A stretch of DNA of 64,000 nucleotides from an uncultured Methylomirabilota bacterium (GTDB taxonomy: Bacteria > Methylomirabilota > Methylomirabilia > Methylomirabilales > 2-02-FULL-66-22): contig OY970067.1 in assembly GCA_963705305.1 (NCBI GenBank), forward strand, positions 5,024,001 through 5,088,000, given 5' to 3'. Made by a program: the position numbers and the translations under genes. This document shows positions 9,694-19,251 of the stretch, in pieces (within the stretch, counting starts at the first letter, position 1; every line of letters begins with the position of its first letter). The notes beneath the pieces were generated by a model. That model saw only the letters and a list, made by a program, of their open reading frames with translations. It was not told the origin of the DNA and searched no databases.

Positions 9694-10440
9694 TCACGGG
9701 AGGGGCCGCCCTGGGCGCCCGCCCTCGGGCGGGGCATCCGGAGCGGGCTGGGTCGGCGCGGCCTGGCGCTGCTGGTATTCGTCCACGGTGGAGCCAATCC
9801 ACTCCTGGCCGTCCGTCCAGACCTCTTTCTTCCAGATCGGCACGATCTCTTTGACGCGCTCGATGGCGTGGGCGCAAGCCTGCAAGGCCTCACGGCGGTG
9901 CGGCGACGAGACCACAATGGCCACGCTGGTTTCGCCGATCTGGAGCCGGCCGATCCGGTGGACGATGGCAACCTGGTCGATCGGCCAGCGCCCCCGGATC
10001 TCCTCACCAATGGCGCGCATCGCGGCCAGCGCCATCTCCGGATACGCGTCGTACTCCAAGTACAGGACCTGACGCCCCCGCGAGAACTCTCGCACCACAC
10101 CCACGAAGCTGGCGATCGCCCCCGAGGTGGTTTGCCGCATCGCGGACGCCAGCGCATCCAACGAGAGCCGCTCCTCCGTGACCTCGTAGCGGTCCAGACC
10201 GCCGCTTACCGGGGGAATAAGGGCAACTTCGTCACCGTCCTCCAGAATCTGGCCGCCCGCAACGTACTCCCGGTTCACGGAGAGACGAGAGAGGGCCGAC
10301 AACCTTGCCAGGCCGGGATATTCGGCGAGGAGCCGCCGCAGCAACCCCTCCACCGTGAGCCCGTCAGGGACCTCCAAGGCGATCTCCCGCTGTCCCACGA
10401 TATCCCTGGCTGCTGCAAAGAATCTCATTCGAACTGTCAT
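9694..10440 (-). CDS. Fused molybdopterin synthase MoaD-MoaE (MoaX-like)
   Basis: MoaD part ends VALIPPVSGG, then in frame MoaE (LEYDAYPEMA, HRIGRL, PIWKKE). Confidence 0.9.
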   Translation of the reverse strand: MTVRMRFFAAARDIVGQREIALEVPDGLTVEGLLRRLLAEYPGLARLSALSRLSVNREYVAGGQILEDGDEVALIPPVSGGLDRYEVTEERLSLDALASAMRQTTSGAIASFVGVVREFSRGRQVLYLEYDAYPEMALAAMRAIGEEIRGRWPIDQVAIVHRIGRLQIGETSVAIVVSSPHRREALQACAHAIERVKEIVPIWKKEVWTDGQEWIGSTVDEYQQRQAAPTQPAPDAPPEGGRPGRPLP

Positions 10441-10811
10441 GGAAGGCCGCCCGATCGCTTCGGCCGGGTGAGATCCAGGGCCGGAGGGAGAGGGTACTGC
10501 CAGTCCACGTCTTCGTGACGCCTGAGGCCCACCGCCTCGCGCTGGATGATGAGGTGGTGGCGAAGAATCTGGACGTGCCGTGCCAGCCGGAAATACTGAT
10601 CCCATTTCTCCTGCATCCCGGCTTCCAGGTGTGCCTCCTGCTGTTGGCACGACGGGATTGACGCCCAAATTTGCATCAGCTCCCGTCCGGCCATCTCCAA
10701 ATCTCTGATTGCGCGCTCCAGCCGCTCACCCGCCCGCCCCAAGGCCTCGGCTTTTTCCTTTCGGATCTCCGAATCTATCTTCTCAAGTGCGTCTTTCATT
10801 TCCATCCACAT
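10437..10811 (-). CDS. Conserved hypothetical helical protein (resembles DUF6665)
   Basis: EKAEALGRAGERLE...IIQREAVGLRRH...QYPLP; ATGA overlap with moaD-E. Confidence 0.6.
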   Translation of the reverse strand: MWMEMKDALEKIDSEIRKEKAEALGRAGERLERAIRDLEMAGRELMQIWASIPSCQQQEAHLEAGMQEKWDQYFRLARHVQILRHHLIIQREAVGLRRHEDVDWQYPLPPALDLTRPKRSGGLP

Positions 10812-11413
10812 GATGAATGTTGCTCTTTACTTAATTCTTTTTCATGTTTGACAATATGTCATAGATGGATACTATTTGTATTAAAAACGAATATAAAGTA
10901 TTAGATTCAACATGTTATAAACTTAGCTGGCTGCAAAATAACATGTGTGTGACCTTCTGTCAACGGCTTTCGAAATGTCATAACTTCAAGTTTTTCAGTG
11001 AGTTTTAGCTGTGACAGGTGAATTCGGCCTTGACGAAATGCCTCTTTTCATGTTAGTAAACCTTCGTAAGTTATTGACTATATCGCTCTTACGGTTACAC
11101 AAGAATGGGGCGTGCGGATCCTTCCACCGGTCCTGTCATTTTCCCCGTGACGCTGTTTCCGCACGGCACGGCCGTGCGGTGTTATTCTTCCATAATGTCT
11201 CTTTCGAATGTGGGTGGCGTGGGGTCCCGGCGAGGGGGAGCCAAACGCGCCGCGCACGCACGCGACGGCAGGAACCACACACCTGTTTGGGAGGTGCCGG
11301 ATTGTGCCGGCGCTTGTCAGGTGCAAGCAGCGAGCCGAGAGGAATTCTCTCCGCGGACTCGAACGCGGACGATCTCAGGGTCGAGACCGAAGTGAGGACG
11401 GGCGGGAGAGTCC

Positions 11414-13123
11414 ATGACGATTAAGGTGCTCGCCGAATCGGCCAAGGAGAAAGGCCGGCTGCTGAGCCAACTCGTCAGACACCTTTTGGATGAGCTAGGC
11501 TACGACGATTTTCGCGTGCAGGTAGCGGCGACCGGGATGGACCTGGAGGCCAAAGCCAAGCACCGAGCCACCCAGGCCCCGATCCTGTGCAAGGTCCGCG
11601 CCTTGCCGCGCGAGATCGGTCCGGACGAGTTGAAGCGATTCCTAGCCGACTACGCCAAGAGCAAGCGGAAGGATCGCCGCTTCGTCGGCCTGCTGCTGGC
11701 TTTTTCCGGGCTGAGCCAGTCCGCCCGCGACTGGTATGCCAACATGGAGGAAAAAGGGAAAGGCGAATTCCATGTTTTTGCGCCGGAGAAGATCCTGGCC
11801 TTGCTCCGGCGCGCGCGGCTGATCGGTTCGCCCGAGGTGGTCGAGCCGGCCGTCAAGTCCCGGATCCGCACCGATGCCGGCCCACGCTTTCTGGCCTACC
11901 ACGAAGGCCACATGTTCTGGGTCCAGACGATCCTCAGCGGACGCAAGCCGACCAGCTATGCGGTGCTGGGTTCCCACGGAGAGCTGATCTCCCGGGTGGT
12001 GGCCCGGGAACTGAAACGGCTCGACCCCGCCCTCCAGGGCAAACGCTTGGTGGACCTGTTCCTCCGCGACAAGATTTTCCTCGCGCTCTTGGATATGGTC
12101 CCGCGCAATCTGGAGGCCCTGGCCAAGGAGGCGCGGGAGCCTCTGGCTGATGTCCGCGAGGCGATCCAGGACCTGCTGCGGGAGAATGTCCTGACCGTGG
12201 AATCGGGCGGCCAGCCGCGCTGGAAAACGGATCGCTACAGCTTGCGTCCCGACCTGGGCCTCTTCCTCTCCCTGGCCCGGCAGTACCTGGAGGGACCCAA
12301 TAGGTTCCGGTTCCTGAGCTCGGCCTTCGCGGTCAATCTGCTGGCGGCGGACGTGCCCGGCTACCTCGAGGGGCGCTGGCGCTTCCGTGGCTCCGAGCGG
12401 GATCGCGCGGGCCTGTACCGCTTCCTGACGCTGACTCCCAGCGGTCTTAACCACATGCTCTTCACCCCGACCGACCGCTACGCCGCGACCGACGGCGAGG
12501 CCCGCGCGGGGCTGGGATACGCAGAGCGCGAGCGCATGCGCATTCCCCATATGCAGCGGCTGCTGGCCGATCTCCTGGTGCGGATGGCCAACGACATGGA
12601 GCAGCCGCAATTCCAAGAGCTGCTGGTCACCAAGGGGGTCAAGGTTCACCTCCTTCGCATGATCGCCAAAGGGGCCACCATCAACGACCTGTGGTTCAAT
12701 CTCGATGCCGAGAGCTTGCTGGCGCTGGGGCGGACCGGTGGCGCGAGCCGCTCTGCCCAAACCGGCCGTGTCGAGACCGACCATTTCATCGACCTGGGCA
12801 CCGCCCTGCTGCACGCCGGCGAGTACGAGCAGGCGGTGGCCCAGTTCGATCGCGGCATCAAGGAGGTCCGCGATCCCAGCCGCCTCCTGACCGCCTGGAA
12901 TCAACGCGGGCTGTGCCTGGTCCATCTCAAGAAGTTCACCGACGCCACCACCTGCTTCAACGAGGCGCTGCGCTACAACGGGAACTCCAAGGCGGCCTGG
13001 TTCTACAAAGCCGTCTGCCTGAAAGAGCTGGGGGACCTGAGTGGAGCCCAGCGCTGCTGCCGGCGCGCCCTGGAAATCGATCCGACCTACGCCGAGGCGC
13101 GCGAGCTCTCGCAGATCCTCTGA
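11414..13123 (+). CDS. Mrr-like restriction-endonuclease-fold domain (degenerate) plus C-terminal TPR protein
   Basis: N-term KGRLLSQLVRHLLDELGY..GMDLEAKAKHR..ILCKVRA; C-term TPRs (AWNQRGLCL, AWFYKAVCL, ALEIDP). Confidence 0.6.
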   Translation: MTIKVLAESAKEKGRLLSQLVRHLLDELGYDDFRVQVAATGMDLEAKAKHRATQAPILCKVRALPREIGPDELKRFLADYAKSKRKDRRFVGLLLAFSGLSQSARDWYANMEEKGKGEFHVFAPEKILALLRRARLIGSPEVVEPAVKSRIRTDAGPRFLAYHEGHMFWVQTILSGRKPTSYAVLGSHGELISRVVARELKRLDPALQGKRLVDLFLRDKIFLALLDMVPRNLEALAKEAREPLADVREAIQDLLRENVLTVESGGQPRWKTDRYSLRPDLGLFLSLARQYLEGPNRFRFLSSAFAVNLLAADVPGYLEGRWRFRGSERDRAGLYRFLTLTPSGLNHMLFTPTDRYAATDGEARAGLGYAERERMRIPHMQRLLADLLVRMANDMEQPQFQELLVTKGVKVHLLRMIAKGATINDLWFNLDAESLLALGRTGGASRSAQTGRVETDHFIDLGTALLHAGEYEQAVAQFDRGIKEVRDPSRLLTAWNQRGLCLVHLKKFTDATTCFNEALRYNGNSKAAWFYKAVCLKELGDLSGAQRCCRRALEIDPTYAEARELSQIL

Positions 13124-13128
13124 CCCCC

Positions 13129-14259
13129 ATGTCCATCGAGCTGGTGTGCGCCACCTGCGGCCGGGCAGCCTCGCCCTCGACGCGAAGCTGGCGCTGTGCC
13201 TGCGGCGGGTTGTATGGGCTGCGGGCTCCGGCGGCGTTCCCCCGGAACGCCATTCGGAGCCGTCCGGCCACCCTCTGGCGATACCGCGAGGCGCTGCCGC
13301 TGCCCGCTGATTGCGAGCCGGTCACACTGGGCGAACCAGTGACCCCCCTCCTGCCCTGGCCTGCCGTCGCCGGCTGCCTCCTCAAGGCGGAGTGCCTGTT
13401 CCCCTCCGGATCGTTCAAGGACCGGGGCGCCTGTGTGATGCTCAGCCACATGCGGTCCCAGGGCGTTCGGGACGCGGTGGAGGATTCCTCCGGGAACGCC
13501 GGGGCAGCCGTCGCGGCGTATGCGGCCCGCGCTGGCATCGCATGTCGAATCTTCGTCCCGGCGGCCGCCTCAACCGGCAAGCTGACGCAGATCGCGGCCT
13601 ACGGGGCCACCGTTGTCCCCGTCTCGGGCAGCCGTGAGGATACGGCAGCCGCCACGCGGGCGGAAGCCGAGCGCTGCTATTACGCCAGCCACGTCTTCAA
13701 TCCGTTCTTCCTGCACGGCTGCAAGACCTTTGCCTTCGAGATCTGGGAGCAGCTGGGATGTCGCGCCCCGGACGCGCTGATTCTTCCCGTCGGCAACGGC
13801 ACGCTGTATCTGGGGGCCTATCTGGGCTTCCGCGATCTGCAGGCGGCGGGAGAGATCCCGCGGCTCCCCCGGCTCATCGGCGTCCAGGCGGAGTCGTGTG
13901 CCCCGCTGGCAGCCCGGTGGCACGGGCGGCCGGCCGGCGCCCCGGGGTCCACGCTGGCGGAGGGGATTCGCATCGCCCAGCCGGAACGCGGGGCGGAGAT
14001 TCTGGCGGCCTGCCGCGAGACGGACGGCGATTTCGTCACCGTCAGCGAGTCGGAGATCGCTGCGGCGCTCCTTGCCCTGGCGGCAGTCGGCCTGTATGTG
14101 GAGCCGACGGCCGCGGCAGCGCCCGCCGCGGCCCTGCAGCAGGTCGCTGCCGGGTGCCTGTCCGCCCGGGAGACCACGGTCGTCCCCCTCACCGGCTCCG
14201 GCCTCAAGGCCGGGTCCGCCATCTCGGAGATCCTGAAGGCCCGCCGCCGGCCCGCCTAA
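13129..14259 (+). CDS. Threonine synthase-like PLP enzyme (fold type II)
   Basis: N-terminal CxxC..CxC, PSGSFKDRG, DSSGNAG, PVGNGT, VEPTAA, LTGSGLK. Confidence 0.85.
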   Translation: MSIELVCATCGRAASPSTRSWRCACGGLYGLRAPAAFPRNAIRSRPATLWRYREALPLPADCEPVTLGEPVTPLLPWPAVAGCLLKAECLFPSGSFKDRGACVMLSHMRSQGVRDAVEDSSGNAGAAVAAYAARAGIACRIFVPAAASTGKLTQIAAYGATVVPVSGSREDTAAATRAEAERCYYASHVFNPFFLHGCKTFAFEIWEQLGCRAPDALILPVGNGTLYLGAYLGFRDLQAAGEIPRLPRLIGVQAESCAPLAARWHGRPAGAPGSTLAEGIRIAQPERGAEILAACRETDGDFVTVSESEIAAALLALAAVGLYVEPTAAAAPAAALQQVAAGCLSARETTVVPLTGSGLKAGSAISEILKARRRPA

Positions 14260-14392
14260 TCACCCGCCGTACCGCAGGCCCGGAGGCGGTACTGTCTGGT
14301 TTTTGCCTTGCAGGCCGCCCGCACCTTGGGTAAGGTACGGGCAGGCACCGCATGCGGGCCGCCCCCGCGGCGGCTCGGAAGGGGGACGAACG

Positions 14393-14620
14393 ATGGCCAT
14401 CGCCTATATCTTGGTCGAAGCGGTTCCCCGAAAAGCCCGCAGCGCCTGCGGGAAGATTGCCCGCCTGGCCGGCGTCAAGTCCGCCCACCTAGTCACAGGA
14501 CCGTACGACATCATCGTCCTGGCGGAGGCCAAGGACCCGGCGGCCATCGGCAGGCTCGTCATGTCGAGAATCCAGGGGGTGGACGGTGTCGGCCGAACCA
14601 TCACCTGCGTTGTCGTGTAG
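14393..14620 (+). CDS. Lrp/AsnC ligand-binding-domain-only protein
   Basis: AYILVEA...VTGPYDII...IQGVDGVGRTIT; no HTH. Confidence 0.85.
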   Translation: MAIAYILVEAVPRKARSACGKIARLAGVKSAHLVTGPYDIIVLAEAKDPAAIGRLVMSRIQGVDGVGRTITCVVV

Positions 14621-14714
14621 GGCGACCGGGGCGCGCGGCTCATCCGGTCGCCGGGACTCTGGCGCGCCGTGCTCGAGGCAGGGCGAGGCTCCCGCCGCCG
14701 GTCTGCCGGAACGC

Positions 14715-14797
14715 CTAGCAGGCTGCTGGAAATGCGCCTTGCACCTGGACCTTTTTGAGCAGCCTGGGCGAAAACGGGATTTTCAGCATCCTGCTAG
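14715..14797. repeat. MITE/REP-like element family A, copy 2 (minimal, reverse orientation)
   Basis: Ends CTAGCAGGCTGCTG...CAGCATCCTGCTAG form an inverted pair; right end contains the pepA stop. Confidence 0.7.
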
Positions 14798-16341
14798 GGG
14801 CTGAGGAGTTCCTGCGCCAGTGCGACAAACGTCCGCACCATGACGCCCGTGGCCCCCTTGGGTTGATACCCCTTCTCCTTGTCCGTCTCGGACGTCCCGG
14901 CGATGTCCAGGTGCACCCACGGCGTCTCTCCCACGAAGCGCTGCAGGAACTTCGCCGCAGTGATGGCCCCGCCCTTCCGGCCCCCCGTGTTCTTGACCGC
15001 GGCGATGTCGCTCTTGAGCAGCTCATCGTACTCCGGATCGGTCGGCATGGGCCAGAGCTTCTCCCCGGTGGTCTTCGCAGCGCGCAGGAGGGCGTCCAGC
15101 AGTCCCTGGTCGCTGGCGAAGGCCCCGCTGGTGATCGTGCCCAGCGCCACCACGCAGGCGCCGGTGAGGGTGGCGACATCCACCAGGTGGGTCACCCCGC
15201 GAGTCCGGGCGTAGTGGAGTGCGTCCGCCAGGATCAGTCGTCCCTCCGCATCGGTATTGATCACTTCGATGGTCGTGCCGTTCATGGCCCGGAGGACATC
15301 GCCCGGCTTCAGGGCCGTGCCGCTGGGTAGGTTCTCCGTCGCCGGCACGACCCCCGTGACCCGCACGGGAAGCTTCAGCCGAGCGATGGCGCAGAGCGAT
15401 GTGATGACCGCCGCGGCCCCGGCCATATCCCCCTTCATGGTCTCCATGTTCTCCGCCGGCTTGAGAGAGATCCCGCCCGAATCAAAGGTGATGCCCTTGC
15501 CCACCAGCCCCAGGTGGGGACCGGTCGGCCGTCCGCCCCGGTACTCCAGGAGGATGAGCCGGGGCGGCTCCTGGCTGCCGCGCGCCACCCCCAGCAGGGC
15601 GCCGGCCCGCAGGCGGCGCAGCTCCGGCGGGCCCAGCACGCGACAGCGGACCCCTGCGCGGCGGGCCATCGCCGCCGCGCGGCGGCCCAGCTCGGTCGGG
15701 GTCAGGGCGTTGGCGGGCTCGTTCACCAGATCGCGGGCCGCATTGGTGGCCTCGGCCGCGATCCGCCCGCGACGGACCGCCTCGCCCAGCACCCGCAGTG
15801 TGTGCGGATCGGACTCGAGAATGGCGAGCGTCTGGATGGCCCGCTCCTCCTCGCCGCTTCCCTTGTAGCGCGTGAACCGGTAGAGGCCGAGCAGCGCGCC
15901 CTCCACCAGCGCCTGGGCGGCCTGTGCGCGGTTGAATTCGCCCATCCGGGCGAGGTGCAGCACGCTCCCGAAGCGACGCGCGCCGATCCGCCGGAGGTAC
16001 CGGGCCGTTTCCGCCGAGGCCACCCGCAGGCGATCCAGGGTGAACTCCTCCGGGCGTCCCAGGCCCGCCACCAGGATCCGGCCGGCCGGAAGCCGCCCCA
16101 GCGTGTGGATCAGGGTCTGCTCTCCCCATTTGCCCGTGGCTTCTCCCGACTGCACGAGACGGCGGATGGCGCCATCCAGGGCGGCATCCGCTGCCGCCGT
16201 GGCGCCCTCCAGGTCGCCGGCGGCGGCGGTGCGCACCGGGCGGCGAAGCGGGGCTCCCACCCGGGCCCCTTCAAACAGCCCGACCACCAGCGCGTCACCC
16301 CGGAACGCGGCGGCATCCCCCTGCACCACCCGAATGTCCAA
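14794..16341 (-). CDS. pepA: Leucyl aminopeptidase (M17)
   Basis: GKGITFDSGG, MKGDMAG, NTDAEGRL, DVATLTGA, WVHLDIAG; TTG start after AAGGAG. Confidence 0.93.
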   Translation of the reverse strand: MDIRVVQGDAAAFRGDALVVGLFEGARVGAPLRRPVRTAAAGDLEGATAAADAALDGAIRRLVQSGEATGKWGEQTLIHTLGRLPAGRILVAGLGRPEEFTLDRLRVASAETARYLRRIGARRFGSVLHLARMGEFNRAQAAQALVEGALLGLYRFTRYKGSGEEERAIQTLAILESDPHTLRVLGEAVRRGRIAAEATNAARDLVNEPANALTPTELGRRAAAMARRAGVRCRVLGPPELRRLRAGALLGVARGSQEPPRLILLEYRGGRPTGPHLGLVGKGITFDSGGISLKPAENMETMKGDMAGAAAVITSLCAIARLKLPVRVTGVVPATENLPSGTALKPGDVLRAMNGTTIEVINTDAEGRLILADALHYARTRGVTHLVDVATLTGACVVALGTITSGAFASDQGLLDALLRAAKTTGEKLWPMPTDPEYDELLKSDIAAVKNTGGRKGGAITAAKFLQRFVGETPWVHLDIAGTSETDKEKGYQPKGATGVMVRTFVALAQELLSP

Positions 16342-16596
16342 GGCTGGCTCCTTTCCGGCGGACGCAATCGCGCCGTCGCATTCACTCCCGGTCCGCTCCC
16401 TCCAGCGGCGTGTGGCCGCTCGCTCCATCGCCGGACCATGCCTGCCCCTTATAGCGCAGAAAGCCGAACCCGTCCAGCCCGGGCGTCGAGGACGCTTTAC
16501 ATTCGTGACGTGCCCGCGCTAGTATGGCGGCAGAATGCTTCCCTGCAGGCCGTGCTGCTTGACCTTCACCCCAGCTCCGCCAGGAGGACACCAGCG

Positions 16597-17958
16597 ATGA
16601 CCACGTGGGACGTCCCTGCACTCGTGAGCGAGGACCGCGCGCACCTACTCCACCCGTTGTACCATCCCGCCGACCACGCCGCGCCGCACATCTGGGTGCG
16701 CGGCCGCGGGGCCACCCTGACGGACGCCGCCGGGAAGGAGTTCTTGGACGGCCTGTCCTGCCTCTGGAATGTGAACGCGGGCCATGGCCGCCGGGAGCTG
16801 GCCGAGGCCGCGGCGGAGCAGATGGCCACCCTCGCCTTCTCCACCAATTACGTCGGCTCCTCCAACGTGCCGGCCATCCGGCTGGCCCGGCGGCTGATCG
16901 AGCTGGCCTACCCCAACCTAGCCGCGGTCTACTTCGCCAGCGGCGGGGCCGAGGCCAACGAGAGTGCGTTCAAGACGGCCCGCTTTTACTGGAAGACCCA
17001 GGGCCGGCCTGCCAAGGTGAAGATCATCTCCCGCCAGTACGGCTACCACGGGGTGACGCTGGCGGCCATGAGCGCCACCGCCGTCCCTGGATACGCCAAG
17101 ATGTTCGAGCCGCGCGTGCCCCACTTCATCCACACCGCCACCCCCTACGCGTACCGCTTCGAAGGGGCCGGGCCGGGCGAAACGGTGGGCCAGGCCGCGG
17201 CCCGCATGCTGGAAGAGACGCTCTTGCAGGAGGGCCCCGAGACGGTGGCTGCCGTCATCGCCGAGCCGGTGCAGGGGGCCGGTGGCATCCTCGTCCCACC
17301 GGACGACTACTTCCCACGCGTCCGGGAGATCTGCACCAAGCACGAGGTGCTCTTCATCGCCGACGAGGTCATCACCGGCTTCGGGCGCACCGGCCGCTGG
17401 TTCGCCCTGGAACGCTGGGGGGTCCAGCCCGACATCCTGGCCTTCGCCAAGGGGGTCACCAGCGGTTACCTCCCCCTGGGCGGCATCATGATCGCCCGCC
17501 CCATCTACGAGGCCATGCTGGGCGCCCCCTACGCCGACCGCTGGATGCACGCCTATACCTATTCGGGCCACGCCACCTGCTGTGCCGTGGGACTCCGCAA
17601 CCTGGAGATCATCGAGCAGGAGGGCTTGGTCGCGCGGGCCGAGGCCCGGGGCGCGCGGCTCTTGGCCGGCCTGCGGGCGGCCACGGCCGATCTGCGGGCG
17701 GTGGGGGAGGTGCGGGGCCTCGGCCTCATGGTGGCCGTCGAGCTAGTGGCCGATCGCGCGACCAAGGCCGCCTTCGACCCGGGGCTGCAGGTGATCGGAC
17801 GGATCAAGGCCGAGATGGAGGCCCGGGGGCTCTTCACCCGGTCCGTGCGGGACATCATCCTGCTGGCCCCGCCCCTGGTGATCACGGAGGCGCAGGTGGA
17901 CCGGATCGTGGAGATCGTCCGCGACAGCATCGCGGCGATCTGTCCGGAGCGAGTATAG
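16597..17958 (+). CDS. Class III aminotransferase (omega-amino acid/putrescine type)
   Basis: LWNVNAGHGR, SGGAEANE, YHGVT, EPVQGAGG, DEVITGFGRTG, AKGVTSGY. Confidence 0.9.
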   Translation: MTTWDVPALVSEDRAHLLHPLYHPADHAAPHIWVRGRGATLTDAAGKEFLDGLSCLWNVNAGHGRRELAEAAAEQMATLAFSTNYVGSSNVPAIRLARRLIELAYPNLAAVYFASGGAEANESAFKTARFYWKTQGRPAKVKIISRQYGYHGVTLAAMSATAVPGYAKMFEPRVPHFIHTATPYAYRFEGAGPGETVGQAAARMLEETLLQEGPETVAAVIAEPVQGAGGILVPPDDYFPRVREICTKHEVLFIADEVITGFGRTGRWFALERWGVQPDILAFAKGVTSGYLPLGGIMIARPIYEAMLGAPYADRWMHAYTYSGHATCCAVGLRNLEIIEQEGLVARAEARGARLLAGLRAATADLRAVGEVRGLGLMVAVELVADRATKAAFDPGLQVIGRIKAEMEARGLFTRSVRDIILLAPPLVITEAQVDRIVEIVRDSIAAICPERV

Positions 17959-18064
17959 ACACTCGAGCGGGTCGCGGTCGGCCGAGGCTACAGGGCCGGG
18001 CTGGGAAATCTCGGGGCCCAGTTGTTTTCCTGCCCTGCTCTTCGCCGGGAGGCGCGAGCACACT

Positions 18065-18514
18065 GTGGGGTTCTGGGATCTGTTGCGCCGCCGCCCCTTC
18101 CTCACCCCCCAGGAGCGCGACCAGATCGCGGCCGCGCTGGCGGGGATCGACCGCTATACGTCCGCGCGCATCGCCCTGCGCATCGACGAACGCCCGCAGG
18201 GGAATCCGGCCGCCCGGGCGAGCAGGCTGCTCCAGGCCTGGGACCTCCCGGAGGACGAGCGCGCCAGGGCGGTCCTGATTTACGCCTGCGCCGCCAATCG
18301 GCAGTTCGCCGTGGCGGGCGGGGAGGAGATCCGCCGGGTGGCCCCGCAGGCCTTCTGGATCCAGGTCGATCAGGACCTCCGGCACCACTTCCAGGAAGAG
18401 CGCTACTGCGACGGCTTCTTCAAGGCCCTGGCCCAGGTGGCCCGGCAGCTCCAGCACCATTTCCCCCCGCCGGCGGCTCCGCTTGCGACCGACGAACCCG
18501 ATCACGGGCCGTGA
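18065..18514 (+). CDS. TPM-domain protein
   Basis: FLTPQERDQIAAALAGIDRYTSARI...AVLIYA...FWIQV...F..ERY.DG. Confidence 0.7.
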   Translation: MGFWDLLRRRPFLTPQERDQIAAALAGIDRYTSARIALRIDERPQGNPAARASRLLQAWDLPEDERARAVLIYACAANRQFAVAGGEEIRRVAPQAFWIQVDQDLRHHFQEERYCDGFFKALAQVARQLQHHFPPPAAPLATDEPDHGP

Positions 18515-18638
18515 CCGCTGTTCGCCGCTCGTCCGTTTGCCGGGGGCGCGGCCCGGGTCCCGGAGAAAAGCGCGGCCGGGGCGGCAGACGCCTCGCCGCC
18601 CCGGCCCGTGGCATTCCGAGCACCCGGCGCTCGTCCGG

Positions 18639-19133
18639 CTATCCCTGACCGCGCTTCCCCAGCTGGCGGTCGAGCATGATCAGGGAGGGCTTGCTCTCGC
18701 CGATCATCTTGAACTGCTCCGCGATCAGGCCGGCGCTCTTCTCCTCCTCCACCTGCTCCGTGACGAACCACTGCAGAAGGACTTGGCTGGCGTAGTCGTT
18801 CTCCTTGACGGCCAGCGCGTATAGCTTGTGGATCGACTCCGTCACGCGCCGCTCGTGCTCCACCACCTGCTGAAAGATCTCCAGGGCCGACTTGAACTTC
18901 GCCGGGGGCTGGTCGATGGCCTTCAGAACCACCTGGCCGCCCCGATCGTTCACGTAGTCGAAGAACTTCATAGCGTGCGAGGTCTCCTCCTGGTATTGGA
19001 CCCGCATCCAGTGCGCCGTGCCGGGCAGGCTGTTCGTCTCGCAATGGGCCGACATGGCCAGATACAGGTAGGCCGAGTACAACTCCTTGTTGATCTGATC
19101 GTTGATCGCGTCTTGAATCGTCTTGGTCAGCAT
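18639..19133 (-). CDS. ftnA: Non-heme ferritin
   Basis: INDQINKELYSAYLYLAM, QEETSHAMK, EHERRVT, WFVTEQVEEE. Confidence 0.93.
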   Translation of the reverse strand: MLTKTIQDAINDQINKELYSAYLYLAMSAHCETNSLPGTAHWMRVQYQEETSHAMKFFDYVNDRGGQVVLKAIDQPPAKFKSALEIFQQVVEHERRVTESIHKLYALAVKENDYASQVLLQWFVTEQVEEEKSAGLIAEQFKMIGESKPSLIMLDRQLGKRGQG

Positions 19134-19251
19134 ACCGTTGCTCTCCTTTCGTGGGTCGGGGTTGCTCGTGCTTGTCCGCGATGGTCGGGCCCTGAGCCGG
19201 ACGGCGCCGCGCTCCGGTTCGAACGGCGGGTCGGACGGCCGAGCCGGTCCG

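Noticed and set aside
10812..11100. Possible oriC or dif site in the AT-rich region
   Set aside because: No TTATCCACA boxes, no TTATGTTAAAT-like XerD arm and no dnaA neighbourhood
11236..11280. GCCAAAC...GACGG pattern resembling a c-di-GMP-I (GEMM) riboswitch
   Set aside because: No GNRA tetraloop, weak P2 pairing and no AAAG after GACG; would need an Infernal/Rfam hit
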